From: a bacterium
Lineage (GTDB): Bacteria > CAIWAD01
Length of the DNA stretch: 64,000 nt
Direction: 5' to 3'
Assembly: GCA_030429345.1 (NCBI GenBank)
Contig: JAUIFJ010000015.1
Coordinates: forward strand, 28,931 to 92,930
Part shown: piece by piece, positions 9,878 through 19,889 of the stretch
How the letters are laid out: each line of letters opens with the position of its first letter
Numbering within the stretch: the first letter of the stretch is position 1
Notes under the pieces: model-generated
Told to the model about the DNA's origin: nothing
Databases searched by the model: none
What the model saw: the letters and a program-made list of their open reading frames with translations, nothing else
Program-made: the position numbers and the translations under genes

Positions 9878-10723
9878 TCAGCGGGACGCGCCAGATTCCG
9901 GGGGCAGCTGGACTCCCTGCTCATCCAGCAGTCCCAGGCAGTCCTGGAACCAGGCGCAGGCTTCCCGGTGGCGATCCGCCAACTCGGCAAGCTGTCCGAC
10001 GAACCACAGGCGCTCGAGGCGCGGGTGCAGCTCTTCAGGCAGTTCGTAGTAGATGTAGCGCGTAGCGAAAGTGGCGTGGGCCGGACGGTGCAGCAGCCCC
10101 AGGACCTCCAGCAGCGGTCGCAGGGTGAAGCCCATATAGAAGGAATGGGCCTCGATCCAGTTGCCCCGGGCGAGTTCCTTTTCCACCAGGCACTGGAAGA
10201 GGCGGAAGCGTCGGCGGCAGGTCAGCAGCTGGCGCTCGAGCTGCTCCCGCAGCTGCTCCCGCCCGGATGCATCCAGCGGGCCGACGCGCACCTGCTCCTG
10301 CTTGTCGAAGTGGATCCGCGTGTCGCCGTGGATCTCGCGGGGAATGTGAATCCCCTCGCGATCAGGCTTCATCAGGCTCAGGTCGATCAGCAGGAAGGGG
10401 CCGGCGTCCTCTAGACGAAAGAAAGCCTGGGGCTGGCCATTGAGGGTCGGCTGGGGCATCTCGAAGCGCATCTCGACGGGAGACAGGACGGACAGGCAGG
10501 CTTCGACGGCATGGAAAGTATCCTGCTCGCGCCCATCCTCCACCAGCAGTCCCAGATCGATGTCCGACCACTGGTCGACCCGCCCCCAGGCGGCCGCTCC
10601 GCCCTCGACCAGGGCCAGGGCCCAGGGCAGGGCGCCCAGGTCACGCACCAGGGCATTCAGAATCTGTTCACGAGTCAGCATGCGCATTGGACGAGGCGGC
10701 GGGGCATGCGTTTCAGGATTCAA
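9878..10723 (-). CDS. Nucleotidyltransferase-domain protein (Pol-beta superfamily)
   Basis: GGAAAWGRVDQWSDIDL matches the GS...DxD motif; start uncertain. Confidence 0.7.
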   Translation of the reverse strand: MNPETHAPPPRPMRMLTREQILNALVRDLGALPWALALVEGGAAAWGRVDQWSDIDLGLLVEDGREQDTFHAVEACLSVLSPVEMRFEMPQPTLNGQPQAFFRLEDAGPFLLIDLSLMKPDREGIHIPREIHGDTRIHFDKQEQVRVGPLDASGREQLREQLERQLLTCRRRFRLFQCLVEKELARGNWIEAHSFYMGFTLRPLLEVLGLLHRPAHATFATRYIYYELPEELHPRLERLWFVGQLAELADRHREACAWFQDCLGLLDEQGVQLPPESGASR

Positions 10724-12540
10724 CCGGATCCGGCCTGTGCCGCCGCCTGTTTCGTTCCGCTACCGGGCAGCGAGGACGGAATGCGCAACTGGAAGCAACT
10801 GCCCTTGCCCGGTTCGCTGTCGACCGTGATGCGGCCTCCATGGGCCCGGGCAATGTGCTTGACGATGGACAGGCCCAGGCCCGTCCCGCCCATTTTGCGG
10901 CTGCGGGCCTTGTCGACCACGTAGAAGCGTTCGAAGAGCCGCGGCAGGTCCGCCCCGGGAATGCCGATGCCCTGGTCGCGCACGCAGAGCTGCAGCTCGC
11001 TCCCGTCTACCCAGGCCTGGATCTGCACCTGGCCGCCGGGATCGCTGTATTTGATGGCGTTCTCCACCAGGTTGCTCAGGGCGCGCTCGATGCGGTGGCT
11101 GTCGATGGACCAGGCCAGGTCGGCGGGACAGTCCAGCTTCAGTTTCACCTTCCGTTCCGCGGCCAGGGACTGGAAGAGTTCGCGCACCATGTCCAGCAGG
11201 GGAAACAACTCGATCGTCTGCCGATCGATGATTCCGCCATCGCGCTCCTCGCGCTCGATGCGGGAAAGCTCCAGCAGGTCGTCGATGATGGCGTTCATGC
11301 GGGTCACCTGGCGCTGGATGATGCCCAGGAAGCGCTCGAGGGTCTCGCGGTCGGCTCCGCCATCCTCGAGCAGGGTCTCGACGAAACCGCGGATCGAGGT
11401 GATCGGCGTGCGCAGCTCGTGTGAGACATTGGCCACGAAGTCCTCGCGCACGGTTTCCAGGCGCTTGAGCCGCGTGATCTCGTTGAGCACGCAGAGCGTG
11501 CCGATCACCTGCTCGCTCGAGTCGAGCAGCGGTGTCACGCTGACCGCGTAGTGGCGCGTGCCCTCTCCGTCCAGCTGCACCCGGTGCTCCGAGTCCCCGC
11601 CTTCCGCCAGGGCGCTCTCGAGGGCCTGCCGCAGGCCGTCGTGTTCCAGGCATTCGGGGAAGATGCGGCGCAGCAGGCGCGCCTCGCGCGTGCGCAGGTG
11701 GCTGCAGGCGGCGCGGTTGATGAAGACGGAGCGCATGTCGCGGTCGAGACCGATCACGCCCTCGTTCATGCTGTCGAGCAAAGCCTCGCGCATGTTGCGC
11801 TCGCGGGCCAGGGAGCGCACCTTCTCGTCGACGCGCTCGGCCATGTGATTCATGGCCGCTCCCAGGCTGTTCAGCTCCTCCACCTTGCCCTCTTCCAGGC
11901 GCAGGCTGAGGCTTCCGCTGGCGTACTGCTCCGCCGCCTGCCGCATCTGCTCGATGGGAACGGAGATCCGTCGCGTATACCACAGGCTCAGCAGGGCCGC
12001 CAGCAGCATGAAGCCGAGGCTGATCCCGAAGATCTCACGTTGCTGGGCCAGGATCGCCTTCTGCACCCCGCGCAGGGGCACCGACAGGCGGAAGACCGGC
12101 GCGTCCCCTCGCGGGTCGAGCAGCATGGCGTGATACACCATCTCCGCGCCCAGCGTCCGGCTGTAGCGCACGGACTCGCCCGCCCCCGTCGCGCGGGCCT
12201 GGAGGATCTCCGGCCGGTTGCCGTGGTTGTCCATCAGCTCGGGATCCTCGTCCGTGTCGGCCAGGACCAGGCCTTCGCGGGCGATCAGCGTGAAGCGGGT
12301 GTCGGTGCGGCGGGCGGCCCGCGCGAGCAGGCTGTCGACGGCAGGGACCTCCGGATCGGAAAGGGCCTGGATCACGAAGGGCGCCAGCAGCCGGCTCTGC
12401 ACGCCCAGGTCGCTGGTCTGGCGCTCGATGGCGACGCGATGCAGGTGACGTCCGGCCACCAGGGCCAACAACGCCAGGCTCAGGACCAGAACCGCGAGGG
12501 AGGGGGGATAGATCAACCAGAAGAGCTTGCGCGGCCTCAT
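10720..12540 (-). CDS. phoR: Sensor histidine kinase, PhoR-type (HAMP-PAS-HisKA-HATPase)
   Basis: DFVANVSHELRTP, NLVENAIKY, DQGIGI, FERFYVVDKARSR, GGTGLGLSIVKH; periplasmic DNHGNRPE. Confidence 0.85.
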   Translation of the reverse strand: MRPRKLFWLIYPPSLAVLVLSLALLALVAGRHLHRVAIERQTSDLGVQSRLLAPFVIQALSDPEVPAVDSLLARAARRTDTRFTLIAREGLVLADTDEDPELMDNHGNRPEILQARATGAGESVRYSRTLGAEMVYHAMLLDPRGDAPVFRLSVPLRGVQKAILAQQREIFGISLGFMLLAALLSLWYTRRISVPIEQMRQAAEQYASGSLSLRLEEGKVEELNSLGAAMNHMAERVDEKVRSLARERNMREALLDSMNEGVIGLDRDMRSVFINRAACSHLRTREARLLRRIFPECLEHDGLRQALESALAEGGDSEHRVQLDGEGTRHYAVSVTPLLDSSEQVIGTLCVLNEITRLKRLETVREDFVANVSHELRTPITSIRGFVETLLEDGGADRETLERFLGIIQRQVTRMNAIIDDLLELSRIEREERDGGIIDRQTIELFPLLDMVRELFQSLAAERKVKLKLDCPADLAWSIDSHRIERALSNLVENAIKYSDPGGQVQIQAWVDGSELQLCVRDQGIGIPGADLPRLFERFYVVDKARSRKMGGTGLGLSIVKHIARAHGGRITVDSEPGKGSCFQLRIPSSLPGSGTKQAAAQAGSG

Positions 12541-12576
12541 GCGCTTCCTTCCCGGATCAGGTCCGCGGCGGGGCGG

Positions 12577-13296
12577 CTAGTCGGTTTCTTCGACCTCTTC
12601 GGCAAAGCGGTAGCCGACGCCGCGCACGGTCTCGATCAGGCGAGCCGATTCGCCCAGTTTCTTGCGCAGTCCGACCACCTGGACATCCACGGAACGTTTG
12701 GTCACAGGATAGCCTTCTCCGCGGATACTGTCCACGATCTGGTAGCGGCTGAAGACCCAGCCGGGACGACCGGCCAACAGGGCAAGCAGATGGAATTCGG
12801 TGTAGGTCAACTCGAGGGCCTTGCCGTTCAGGGTCGCCCTGTGGCGGTTGGGGTCGATCTCTACGGGGCCGCGCTGAATGCGCCCGCTTGCCACAGGATG
12901 CGCGCCGCCGTCCTCTTCGCGCCGGCGTCGGCGGATTACCGCGCGAATGCGCGCGCAGAGCAGTTTGGGACTGAAGGGCTTCGTGACATAGTCGTCTGCG
13001 CCGCTTTCCAGGCCCTGGATCATCTCCTTCTCCTCGCTGCGCGCGGTGAGCATGATCACCGGCGTCTGCGCCAGGCGGGGATGGGCGCGCAAGTCGGAAC
13101 AGATCTGGTGGCCATTCTTGCCCGGAAGCATCAGGTCGAGCAGGATCAGGTCCGGCTCCATGCTTTCCGCGCGGGCCAGGGCCTCATCGCCTTTCTGCAC
13201 CACCTCGGACTCGAAGCCCTCGCGGTGCAGGGTGAACTGGATCAATTCGACAATGTCGTCTTCGTCTTCCACCACCAGGATGCGTTCTGCCTTCAT
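12577..13296 (-). CDS. phoB: OmpR/PhoB-family response regulator
   Basis: ILVVEDE, DLILLDLMLP, GADDYVTKPF, IETVRGVGY; adjacent to phoR. Confidence 0.85.
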   Translation of the reverse strand: MKAERILVVEDEDDIVELIQFTLHREGFESEVVQKGDEALARAESMEPDLILLDLMLPGKNGHQICSDLRAHPRLAQTPVIMLTARSEEKEMIQGLESGADDYVTKPFSPKLLCARIRAVIRRRRREEDGGAHPVASGRIQRGPVEIDPNRHRATLNGKALELTYTEFHLLALLAGRPGWVFSRYQIVDSIRGEGYPVTKRSVDVQVVGLRKKLGESARLIETVRGVGYRFAEEVEETD

Positions 13297-13397
13297 CCAG
13301 TCTCTCCCGTCAGATTTGGGATGCCGTCGATGCGAGGATCGGAATCGGAACCTCCTGCAGCGATTGTCTCAGAAAAAGGCAAAATGAAAGGCAACTG

Positions 13398-13913
13398 TTA
13401 GAAAGAAGTAAGTCCGATCCAGCCTGCCGGCCGTTGAATGGCATCGCGCTGCCCGCGTCCTTCCAGCTCATCGAGGTGCTGGCGGAAGGTGGCGTAGTCG
13501 CTTTCCTGCAGCAGGCCGAGCAGGGGCTCGAGAACAACCAGATGCCCCCCCTTGCCGGCCAGGTGGACCAGACGCTCAACGTCCCGGCGGCCCAGGGCGA
13601 AAGGCAATCGATGGCTCGCCAGCCAATACAACAGGTCCCGCTCCAGATCCAGATCCACCAGCAGCGACCAGGGGCCGGGCAGGTCGAAATGCTCGGCCAG
13701 TCCCTGGAGCACCCGCAGACCGGGGCTGTGGTCGGGATCCCGCAGGATCGCCTGGATGCTGCCGGTTCCCAGCCCGGTCTCTTCGGAAAGGGCCAGCACA
13801 CTGATGCCCTGACCCTGGCGCGCCTCGGCCATCAACCGTCGCAGGTTGCGGGCCACCAGGCCATGCAAGGGACGCGCCTCCGGATCCGGGCGCTTGCGCG
13901 CACGTGGACTCAT
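13398..13913 (-). CDS. XRE-family helix-turn-helix protein
   Basis: VARNLRRL...ISVLALSEETGLGTGSIQAIL...SPGLRVLQGLAEHF. Confidence 0.6.
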   Translation of the reverse strand: MSPRARKRPDPEARPLHGLVARNLRRLMAEARQGQGISVLALSEETGLGTGSIQAILRDPDHSPGLRVLQGLAEHFDLPGPWSLLVDLDLERDLLYWLASHRLPFALGRRDVERLVHLAGKGGHLVVLEPLLGLLQESDYATFRQHLDELEGRGQRDAIQRPAGWIGLTSF

Positions 13914-14071
13914 GGTTCCTCCACTTCTGGAAACCCGTGCGTTCAGGTCTGGGGTCGATCGGGGGGGTTGTGCTTCAGGCGTCCGGATACGCCTTGGAAT
14001 GGATACGGGACAAGGGCTGTATGGGTTCCCCTCTCCCTTCGAACAAACCTATCGGCACGATCACCCCCAAA

Positions 14072-14094
14072 AATCGCTATCGGGATCGCTATCG
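14072..14094. repeat. Hexamer-periodic repeat (ATCGCT/ATCGGG); same 23-mer at 33334-33356
   Basis: AATCGCTATCGGGATCGCTATCG occurs twice, both times between genes. Confidence 0.7.
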
Positions 14095-14122
14095 AAGGTT
14101 GCCCTCCCCTGCAGGGCTGGCC

Positions 14123-14968
14123 TCAGAAGGGAATCCCTTCCCAGAGCTTCCCCCACCAGCAAGCCTGTACCCAGGCCAGCAGCAGCAGGCCCTGCAGCAG
14201 GCCTCTTCGGCGGGCATCAGCGCGGCCGGCATCCAGCCACAGGGCGATCAGCAGCACCAGGGGCAGGCCCAGCCGAACGAGCAGGTCGAAGGGAGAGAAC
14301 CAGGCCAGGGGCAGGCTGGCCAGCCACAACAGGCCCAGCAGCGGCCCGCGGCCGAGCAGCGCGCAGAGGGTGCGCTTGCCGGCGCGCAGATCCTCGTCCC
14401 GGTCAGGCAGGGTGGTGGCAATGGCGGCGATGAAGGCGGTCAGCAACAAGAAGAGCCAGTCCCCGGTCGGAAGAGCGGCGGCCGATGCGCCGCTCACCCA
14501 CAGGGCCAGCAGGGGCAGGACGAGTCCGACTCCGGCGGTCTGCAGGAATTCGCCGCCACCGCGGTAGTTGAGGCGAAGGGGCGGAAAACTGTAGGCCAGG
14601 AACAGTCCCAGCCCGGCAAGGGCCAGCAGGGGCAGGAGCCACTTGCCGACCAGGGCGCCCAGCCAGGCGAAACACAGCAGATAGCCTTCGGCGGCCAGCA
14701 TGCCCGCCGCCTTCAGCTGCCGGGGCCGCAGTTCCCCGCGAGGCAGCACGCCGGAGCCGCCGCTGATCCAGGTCGGCTGTCCGGCATCGCTTCCGCGGTC
14801 CGCGAAATCGTTGAGCCAGACGATGGCCAGCTGCAACAGCCAGCCGCCAATCAGCAGCGTGATCCACGGCGCGTCCCCGCCGGCCGCCTGTGCTCCAATC
14901 AACAGCGGCGGCCAGAGGTTGAGCACGGACAAGGGCCGCGCCGAACGAATCCAGGCAACCGGCTTCAA
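14123..14968 (-). CDS. UbiA/MenA-family prenyltransferase
   Basis: WIRSARP, NDFADRGSD, YSFPPLRLNYRGGGE, DRDEDLRAGKRT. Confidence 0.8.
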   Translation of the reverse strand: MKPVAWIRSARPLSVLNLWPPLLIGAQAAGGDAPWITLLIGGWLLQLAIVWLNDFADRGSDAGQPTWISGGSGVLPRGELRPRQLKAAGMLAAEGYLLCFAWLGALVGKWLLPLLALAGLGLFLAYSFPPLRLNYRGGGEFLQTAGVGLVLPLLALWVSGASAAALPTGDWLFLLLTAFIAAIATTLPDRDEDLRAGKRTLCALLGRGPLLGLLWLASLPLAWFSPFDLLVRLGLPLVLLIALWLDAGRADARRRGLLQGLLLLAWVQACWWGKLWEGIPF

Positions 14969-14994
14969 GAGCGAAGCTGTGATTCAGAAGAACG

Positions 14995-15108
14995 CGCACG
15001 GAGAGCACAGAGAAGACAGAGAGCGCCGAGAAGAGATTGGGGCGGATTGCAGTGAACACCCATTCGATCTTCCTCCGTGTCCTCTGTCTTCTCCGCGCTC
15101 TCTGTGCG
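14995..15108. repeat. Inverted nonamer-array hairpin element
   Basis: Left arm CGCACGGAGAGCACAGAGAAGACAGAG is complementary to right arm CTCTGTCTTCTCCGCGCTCTCTGTGCG; 9-bp period. Confidence 0.75.
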
Positions 15109-15120
15109 AGATCTTAAATG

Positions 15121-15154
15121 AAAAGACCGCCCCGCCAGCAAGGGCAGGGCGGTC
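15121..15154 (-). terminator. Intrinsic terminator after the CoA-transferase
   Basis: GACCGCCC...GGGCGGTC stem followed by a T run on the minus strand. Confidence 0.55.
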
Positions 15155-15179
15155 CATGGGATGCGTGTGCTACACTCCC

Positions 15180-16472
15180 CTACCCGGGAATGCTCAGGCC
15201 CCAGATCTCCCGGGCGCCCTTCATCAGCTCCTCGCGGAAATCGGGGTGGGAGATTCGGATCAGCTCGCGGGCGCGCTCGCGCAGGCTGCGGCCCTTCAGG
15301 TTGGCCACGCCGTACTCGGTGACGATGTGCTGCACGTGGGCGCGCGTGGTCACCACGCCGGCTCCGGGCGTCAGCGTCGGCACCAGGCGTGATACGGTGC
15401 CGCCGGCCGCCGTCGAGGGCAGGGCGATGATCGCCTTGCCGCCGGGGCTCAGCGCCGCGCCGCGAATGAAGTCCATCTGTCCGCCGACGCCGCTGTAGAT
15501 TTGCGTGCCCATGGAATCGGCGCAGACCTGGCCGGACAGGTCGACCTGGATCGCGCTGTTGATGGCCGTCACATTGGAGTTGCGGCGAATGTTGGCCGTG
15601 TCATTGACGTACTCGATATCCAGGAAGACCACTTCCGGATTATCATCGACAAAATCGTAGAGCTTGCGCGAGCCCATGGCGAAGCCGGTGACGATCTTGC
15701 CCGGATGCACCTTCTTGCAGGCGCCGGTGATCACTCCGCGCTCCACCAGGTCGAGCACTCCCTCGGCGAACATTTCCGTGTGGATGCCCAGGTCCTTGTG
15801 CCCCGTCAGGTTGGACAGGGCCGCGTCGGGAATCGCGCCGATGCCCATTTGCAGACAGGCCCCGTCCCGGATCAGCGAGGCCACACGCTCGCCGATCGCG
15901 CGGGTGGTTTCCGTCTGCCGCGCCGGCGGGAACTCATGCAGGGGCACATCCTCTTCGTATACGGCGTGGAAACGGTTGTAGGGAATGAAGGCGTCGCCAT
16001 GGGTGCGCGGCATGCTGGGATTGATGTGGGCGATCACCTTGTTGGCCACCTCGCAGGCCGCCTTGGCCGCCTCGACGCTGATGCCCAGCGTACACATGCC
16101 ATGGGCGTCCGGCGGGCTGACCTGCAAAAGGACCGTGTCCACCCGCTGCTCGCCATTGCGGAAAAGCTTGGGAATCTCGGAAAGGAAGATCGGCACGTAG
16201 TCGGCCTTGCCCTCGTTGACGATTTTGCGCGAGGGCGCTCCGACGAAGAAGCAGCGCAGGCGGAGATGCCCTTCCAGCTCGGGGGCGGTGACGACCTGGG
16301 CGCCTTCCGTATGCAGCTGCATCAGGGTGATGTTGTGCTTGTCCATGGCATGCTTGGCAATGCCTTCCAGCAGGCGCACCGGCGTAGAGGCCATGCTGTG
16401 AACCCAGACAAACTCGTTGCTTTCGATCGAGGCCACCACCTCTTCGGGTGAAGCCGCTTTATAGGGTGCCAT
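15180..16472 (-). CDS. Acetyl-CoA hydrolase / 4-hydroxybutyrate CoA-transferase family
   Basis: LQMGIGAIPDA, DLGIHTEM, SGVGGQMDFIRGA, VTEYGVANL. Confidence 0.92.
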   Translation of the reverse strand: MAPYKAASPEEVVASIESNEFVWVHSMASTPVRLLEGIAKHAMDKHNITLMQLHTEGAQVVTAPELEGHLRLRCFFVGAPSRKIVNEGKADYVPIFLSEIPKLFRNGEQRVDTVLLQVSPPDAHGMCTLGISVEAAKAACEVANKVIAHINPSMPRTHGDAFIPYNRFHAVYEEDVPLHEFPPARQTETTRAIGERVASLIRDGACLQMGIGAIPDAALSNLTGHKDLGIHTEMFAEGVLDLVERGVITGACKKVHPGKIVTGFAMGSRKLYDFVDDNPEVVFLDIEYVNDTANIRRNSNVTAINSAIQVDLSGQVCADSMGTQIYSGVGGQMDFIRGAALSPGGKAIIALPSTAAGGTVSRLVPTLTPGAGVVTTRAHVQHIVTEYGVANLKGRSLRERARELIRISHPDFREELMKGAREIWGLSIPG

Positions 16473-16696
16473 TCGTCCTCCCGTTTCTCAGGCAATCTTC
16501 TAGTCGGGACTATCGTCATTTCCAGGCCGAGCTGGAGTATACCAACCGCCGCTCTGCCGGGGAACAACGAAGCTAGAACGCGGGATCCCTCCTTGAATTG
16601 ACCCACATCAACGGAAGCCCGGAAAGCGGAAAAGAGAGAAGAAAAATCGCAGGAAACGGGTGGCGCCGCGCCCCCTGCCAGCCCCATCTTTCCCCC

Positions 16697-17566
16697 ATGA
16701 TACACCTGGACAACCACAGCCAGCAGCGCGTCCTCCGCGCCCTGGCCCTGATGAGCGACGGCCGGGCGCGCCCGGAGCTCGACCTGGCGACCATCGCCGC
16801 CGAAATGCAGCTCAGCCCGGCCCACGCCCAGAAGCTCTTCAAGCGCTGGGTCGGCCTGAGCCCGAAGGCCTTCCTGCAGGCCCTGACCCTGAAAGCGCTG
16901 CGCGAACGGATCCTGCAGGAGGGCAGCCTGGAACACCTGGCCTGGGATTGCGGGCTTTCCGGCGGCTCCCGGCTCTACGACCTGGTGCTGAAGACCGAAG
17001 CCTGCACCCCCGGATCCCTGAAGCGGCGCGGCCAGGGCCTGGAGATCCGCTATGGCATCCATTCCGGCCCATTCGGGGAGTTCCTGCTCGCCACCAGCGA
17101 CAAGGGCATCTGCTTTCTGGGATTCCTGGCCCAGCGCGGATCCGCCGCCGGTCTGGAAGAATTGCGGAGCCAGTTTCCGCTGGCCCGTCTGCTCGAGGAC
17201 AGGGAGGGAACGCGAGAGGTGGCGGAACAGGTCTTTCCCGTGCGGGACGCGGGCAGCGCGCTTTCCCTGCACCTGCTGGGAACGCCTTTTCAGCTAAAGG
17301 TCTGGGAGGCCCTGTTGAGAATCCCCGATGGACAGCTGACGACCTACCAGGAGATCGCCCGTGCCTGCGGACAGGACAAGGCCTCGCGGGCGGTGGGGGG
17401 CGGAGTCGGCGCCAATCCGGTTTCCTGGCTGATTCCCTGCCACCGCGTCATCCGGAAGATGGGCCTGCCGGGACACTATCGCTGGGGCGCGGGCGTCAAG
17501 CAAAGCCTGCTGGCCTGGGAAGGGACGCGGCGACCAGGCGAATCCTCTTGCGATCCAGAGGCTTGA
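16697..17566 (+). CDS. AraC-HTH / methylated-DNA-protein-cysteine methyltransferase (Ada-like)
   Basis: GTPFQLKVWEAL, RAVG, NPVSWLIPCHRVI active-site motif; start re-assigned to ATG 16697. Confidence 0.88.
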   Translation: MIHLDNHSQQRVLRALALMSDGRARPELDLATIAAEMQLSPAHAQKLFKRWVGLSPKAFLQALTLKALRERILQEGSLEHLAWDCGLSGGSRLYDLVLKTEACTPGSLKRRGQGLEIRYGIHSGPFGEFLLATSDKGICFLGFLAQRGSAAGLEELRSQFPLARLLEDREGTREVAEQVFPVRDAGSALSLHLLGTPFQLKVWEALLRIPDGQLTTYQEIARACGQDKASRAVGGGVGANPVSWLIPCHRVIRKMGLPGHYRWGAGVKQSLLAWEGTRRPGESSCDPEA

Positions 17567-17629
17567 AGCCCACCTTGGATCGGCGGCCTTCGGGCCCATC
17601 CCCCCCTTAGGAAAAGCGAGAGGTTCCCC

Positions 17630-19153
17630 GTGGATCCTGACATGGAACACCCACAGGCAAACGCAGGACGATCACGCCCCTCCGAAGCTCCCGCCATCCT
17701 GGAAGTGGATCTCGACTTCCGTCTGCAATCTGCCAGCCAGGCCTGCCGGACGCTGTTGCCGGAACTGGACCCCAGGGATCCCTCCTCCGCGGCCCGGGTC
17801 CTTGAGCCGCTGCTTCGCACCTTGAAACGCCACCAGGCCGAATCCGGAGCCAGCGAGCTGCAGGCGATTCCGATCCGTTTCATGACGGAAGAAGACGGCG
17901 AGCGACAGCTTCCCCTGGCGCGCATCGAGACCCTGCGCAACGAATCCGGACAGCCTCGCGGACACAGGATCACGCTGGCGGCGCCGGAAGGGCCTGGTTC
18001 AAGGGATCTTCCCCGTGTGCCCCAGGACAGGACGGTCTCTCCGGAAGAATGGCGCCAGGCCCGGTTGGCCTCCCTGGGGGCGCTCTGCGGGGGCGTGGCG
18101 CACAAACTGAACAACCTGCTGGTCAGCATCCTGGGACACGCGGAGCTGCTGGGGCTGCAGAACCTGGACGCCTCGGACAAGGACGCGGTGAACCAGATCC
18201 TGCACGCAGGCCTGAAGGCGCGCGATCTGTGTTCCGACCTGCTGCACCTCAACAGCCGCTCGCCGGCCAACCTGGCCACGGTCAACCTGTGGCACCTGAT
18301 CCACGAGAGCGCCCACCTCTTCAAGTTCAGCCTGCCCTCCGGCTGCCGTCTCGAATTGCGCGCGGAAGTGGAGGAAGCCTTTGTCCGGGCGGATCCGGCG
18401 CTGCTCAAGCGCATCATGCTGCAGATCCTGCTCAACGCGGGGCGCGCCGTTCCCGAGAACGAGGGACGGATCGTGATCTCCCGTTCCCGGGACAGTGACA
18501 CGGACTCCATGCTGCTGGATTTCTGGAACAACGGCCCGCCCCTGCCGCCGGATGTACACGAAACCATTTTCCGTGCCGGGCTCAGCCTCTGGTCCGGCGG
18601 AAGCGGCCTGGGCCTCTACATGGCGCGGGAAGACGCCCGCAGCATGGGCGCCGAACTGTCCTGCGTTCCGGAAAGGGATGGCGCACGCTTCCGCTTGAGA
18701 TTGCCCTTGAGCCTGTATACGGAACACGCGCCGGGCACGAGTCCGGGCGGGGAGGAATGGCAGGGCAGCGGGGACATCCTGCTGATCGATGACGAGGAGA
18801 GCAACCTCAAGGTGCTGGAGATGGTGCTCAACCAGCGCGGCTTCCGCACCTTCTGCGCGCAAAGCGGAAAAGAGGGACTGGAACTCTTCGCGCGGCGTGC
18901 GGGCGACTGGGGCCTGGCCCTTGTCGATCTGCGCATGCCGGACATGGACGGGCGGGATGTGATCCAGAGCATGCGCGAAGCCGCGCCCTCCCTGCCGATC
19001 CTGCTGACCAGCGGCATCGGGCCGGATGGCGCCTTGATGGCTCACGAATGCGGCGCCAGCGACTACCTGCCGAAACCCTTCACGGCGGCGCAGCTGGTGG
19101 AGACCATCCGCCGCTGGTGTCCGGAAGAATTCCGCCCCGGCGCGAGAAGCTGA
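17630..19153 (+). CDS. Hybrid sensor kinase / receiver protein
   Basis: GVAHKLNNLL H-box, GSGLGL, C-terminal receiver ILLIDDE...DLRMPDMDG...KPF. Confidence 0.8.
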   Translation: MDPDMEHPQANAGRSRPSEAPAILEVDLDFRLQSASQACRTLLPELDPRDPSSAARVLEPLLRTLKRHQAESGASELQAIPIRFMTEEDGERQLPLARIETLRNESGQPRGHRITLAAPEGPGSRDLPRVPQDRTVSPEEWRQARLASLGALCGGVAHKLNNLLVSILGHAELLGLQNLDASDKDAVNQILHAGLKARDLCSDLLHLNSRSPANLATVNLWHLIHESAHLFKFSLPSGCRLELRAEVEEAFVRADPALLKRIMLQILLNAGRAVPENEGRIVISRSRDSDTDSMLLDFWNNGPPLPPDVHETIFRAGLSLWSGGSGLGLYMAREDARSMGAELSCVPERDGARFRLRLPLSLYTEHAPGTSPGGEEWQGSGDILLIDDEESNLKVLEMVLNQRGFRTFCAQSGKEGLELFARRAGDWGLALVDLRMPDMDGRDVIQSMREAAPSLPILLTSGIGPDGALMAHECGASDYLPKPFTAAQLVETIRRWCPEEFRPGARS

Positions 19154-19199
19154 ACCCGTTCCGGATCCGGTCCGGAGCCATCAACCACGGAGAAGCCGC

Positions 19200-19883
19200 A
19201 TGCCACGGATCACCTTTCACAGCCATTCCTGTTTCGAGATCGTGGGCGCGGGCAAGCGCCTGCTGGTCGACCCCTTCTTCAGCGGCAATCCCCTGGCCCA
19301 GGTCGGACCCGGCGATTTCGGCAAGCTGGACGCGATTCTGGTGACTCATGGCCACGGGGATCACATCGGGGACACGGAAGCCATCGCAAGGGCCACGGGA
19401 GCCCGGATCATCTCCGTCTACGAAATTGCCGGCTACTTCGAGGCCAAGGGCCTGAATGCCCATCCGATGCACATCGGCGGAGGCCGCGAGTTTCCCTTCG
19501 GCCACCTGCAGTGGACCATTGCCCACCACGGCTCCACCGGCCCCGGCGGGGAAGCCCTGGGCAACCCGGCGGGCTTCGTGCTCACCATCGACGGCAAGAA
19601 GATTTATCATGCCGGTGACACGGGGCTCTTCCTGGACATGCAGCTGATCGGCAGCCACTACGGGCCGCTGGACCTGGCGCTGCTGCCCATTGGCGACAAC
19701 TTCACCATGGGTATCCGTGACGCGGTCAAGGCCTGTGAATTCCTCAAACCGGCGCTGACGGTACCCATGCACTACAACACCTTCCCGCCGATCGAAGTCG
19801 ACCCGCAGGACTTCGCCAGGCAGGCGGAAGCGGCCGGACATGCCACCCGCGTGCTCGAGGTCGGTGAAAGCCTGGAGCTCTAG
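19200..19883 (+). CDS. Metal-dependent hydrolase, metallo-beta-lactamase fold (UPF0173-like)
   Basis: THGHGDHIGD, YHAGDTG, LPIGDNFTM, PMHYNTF. Confidence 0.9.
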   Translation: MPRITFHSHSCFEIVGAGKRLLVDPFFSGNPLAQVGPGDFGKLDAILVTHGHGDHIGDTEAIARATGARIISVYEIAGYFEAKGLNAHPMHIGGGREFPFGHLQWTIAHHGSTGPGGEALGNPAGFVLTIDGKKIYHAGDTGLFLDMQLIGSHYGPLDLALLPIGDNFTMGIRDAVKACEFLKPALTVPMHYNTFPPIEVDPQDFARQAEAAGHATRVLEVGESLEL

Positions 19884-19889
19884 CCCTCA

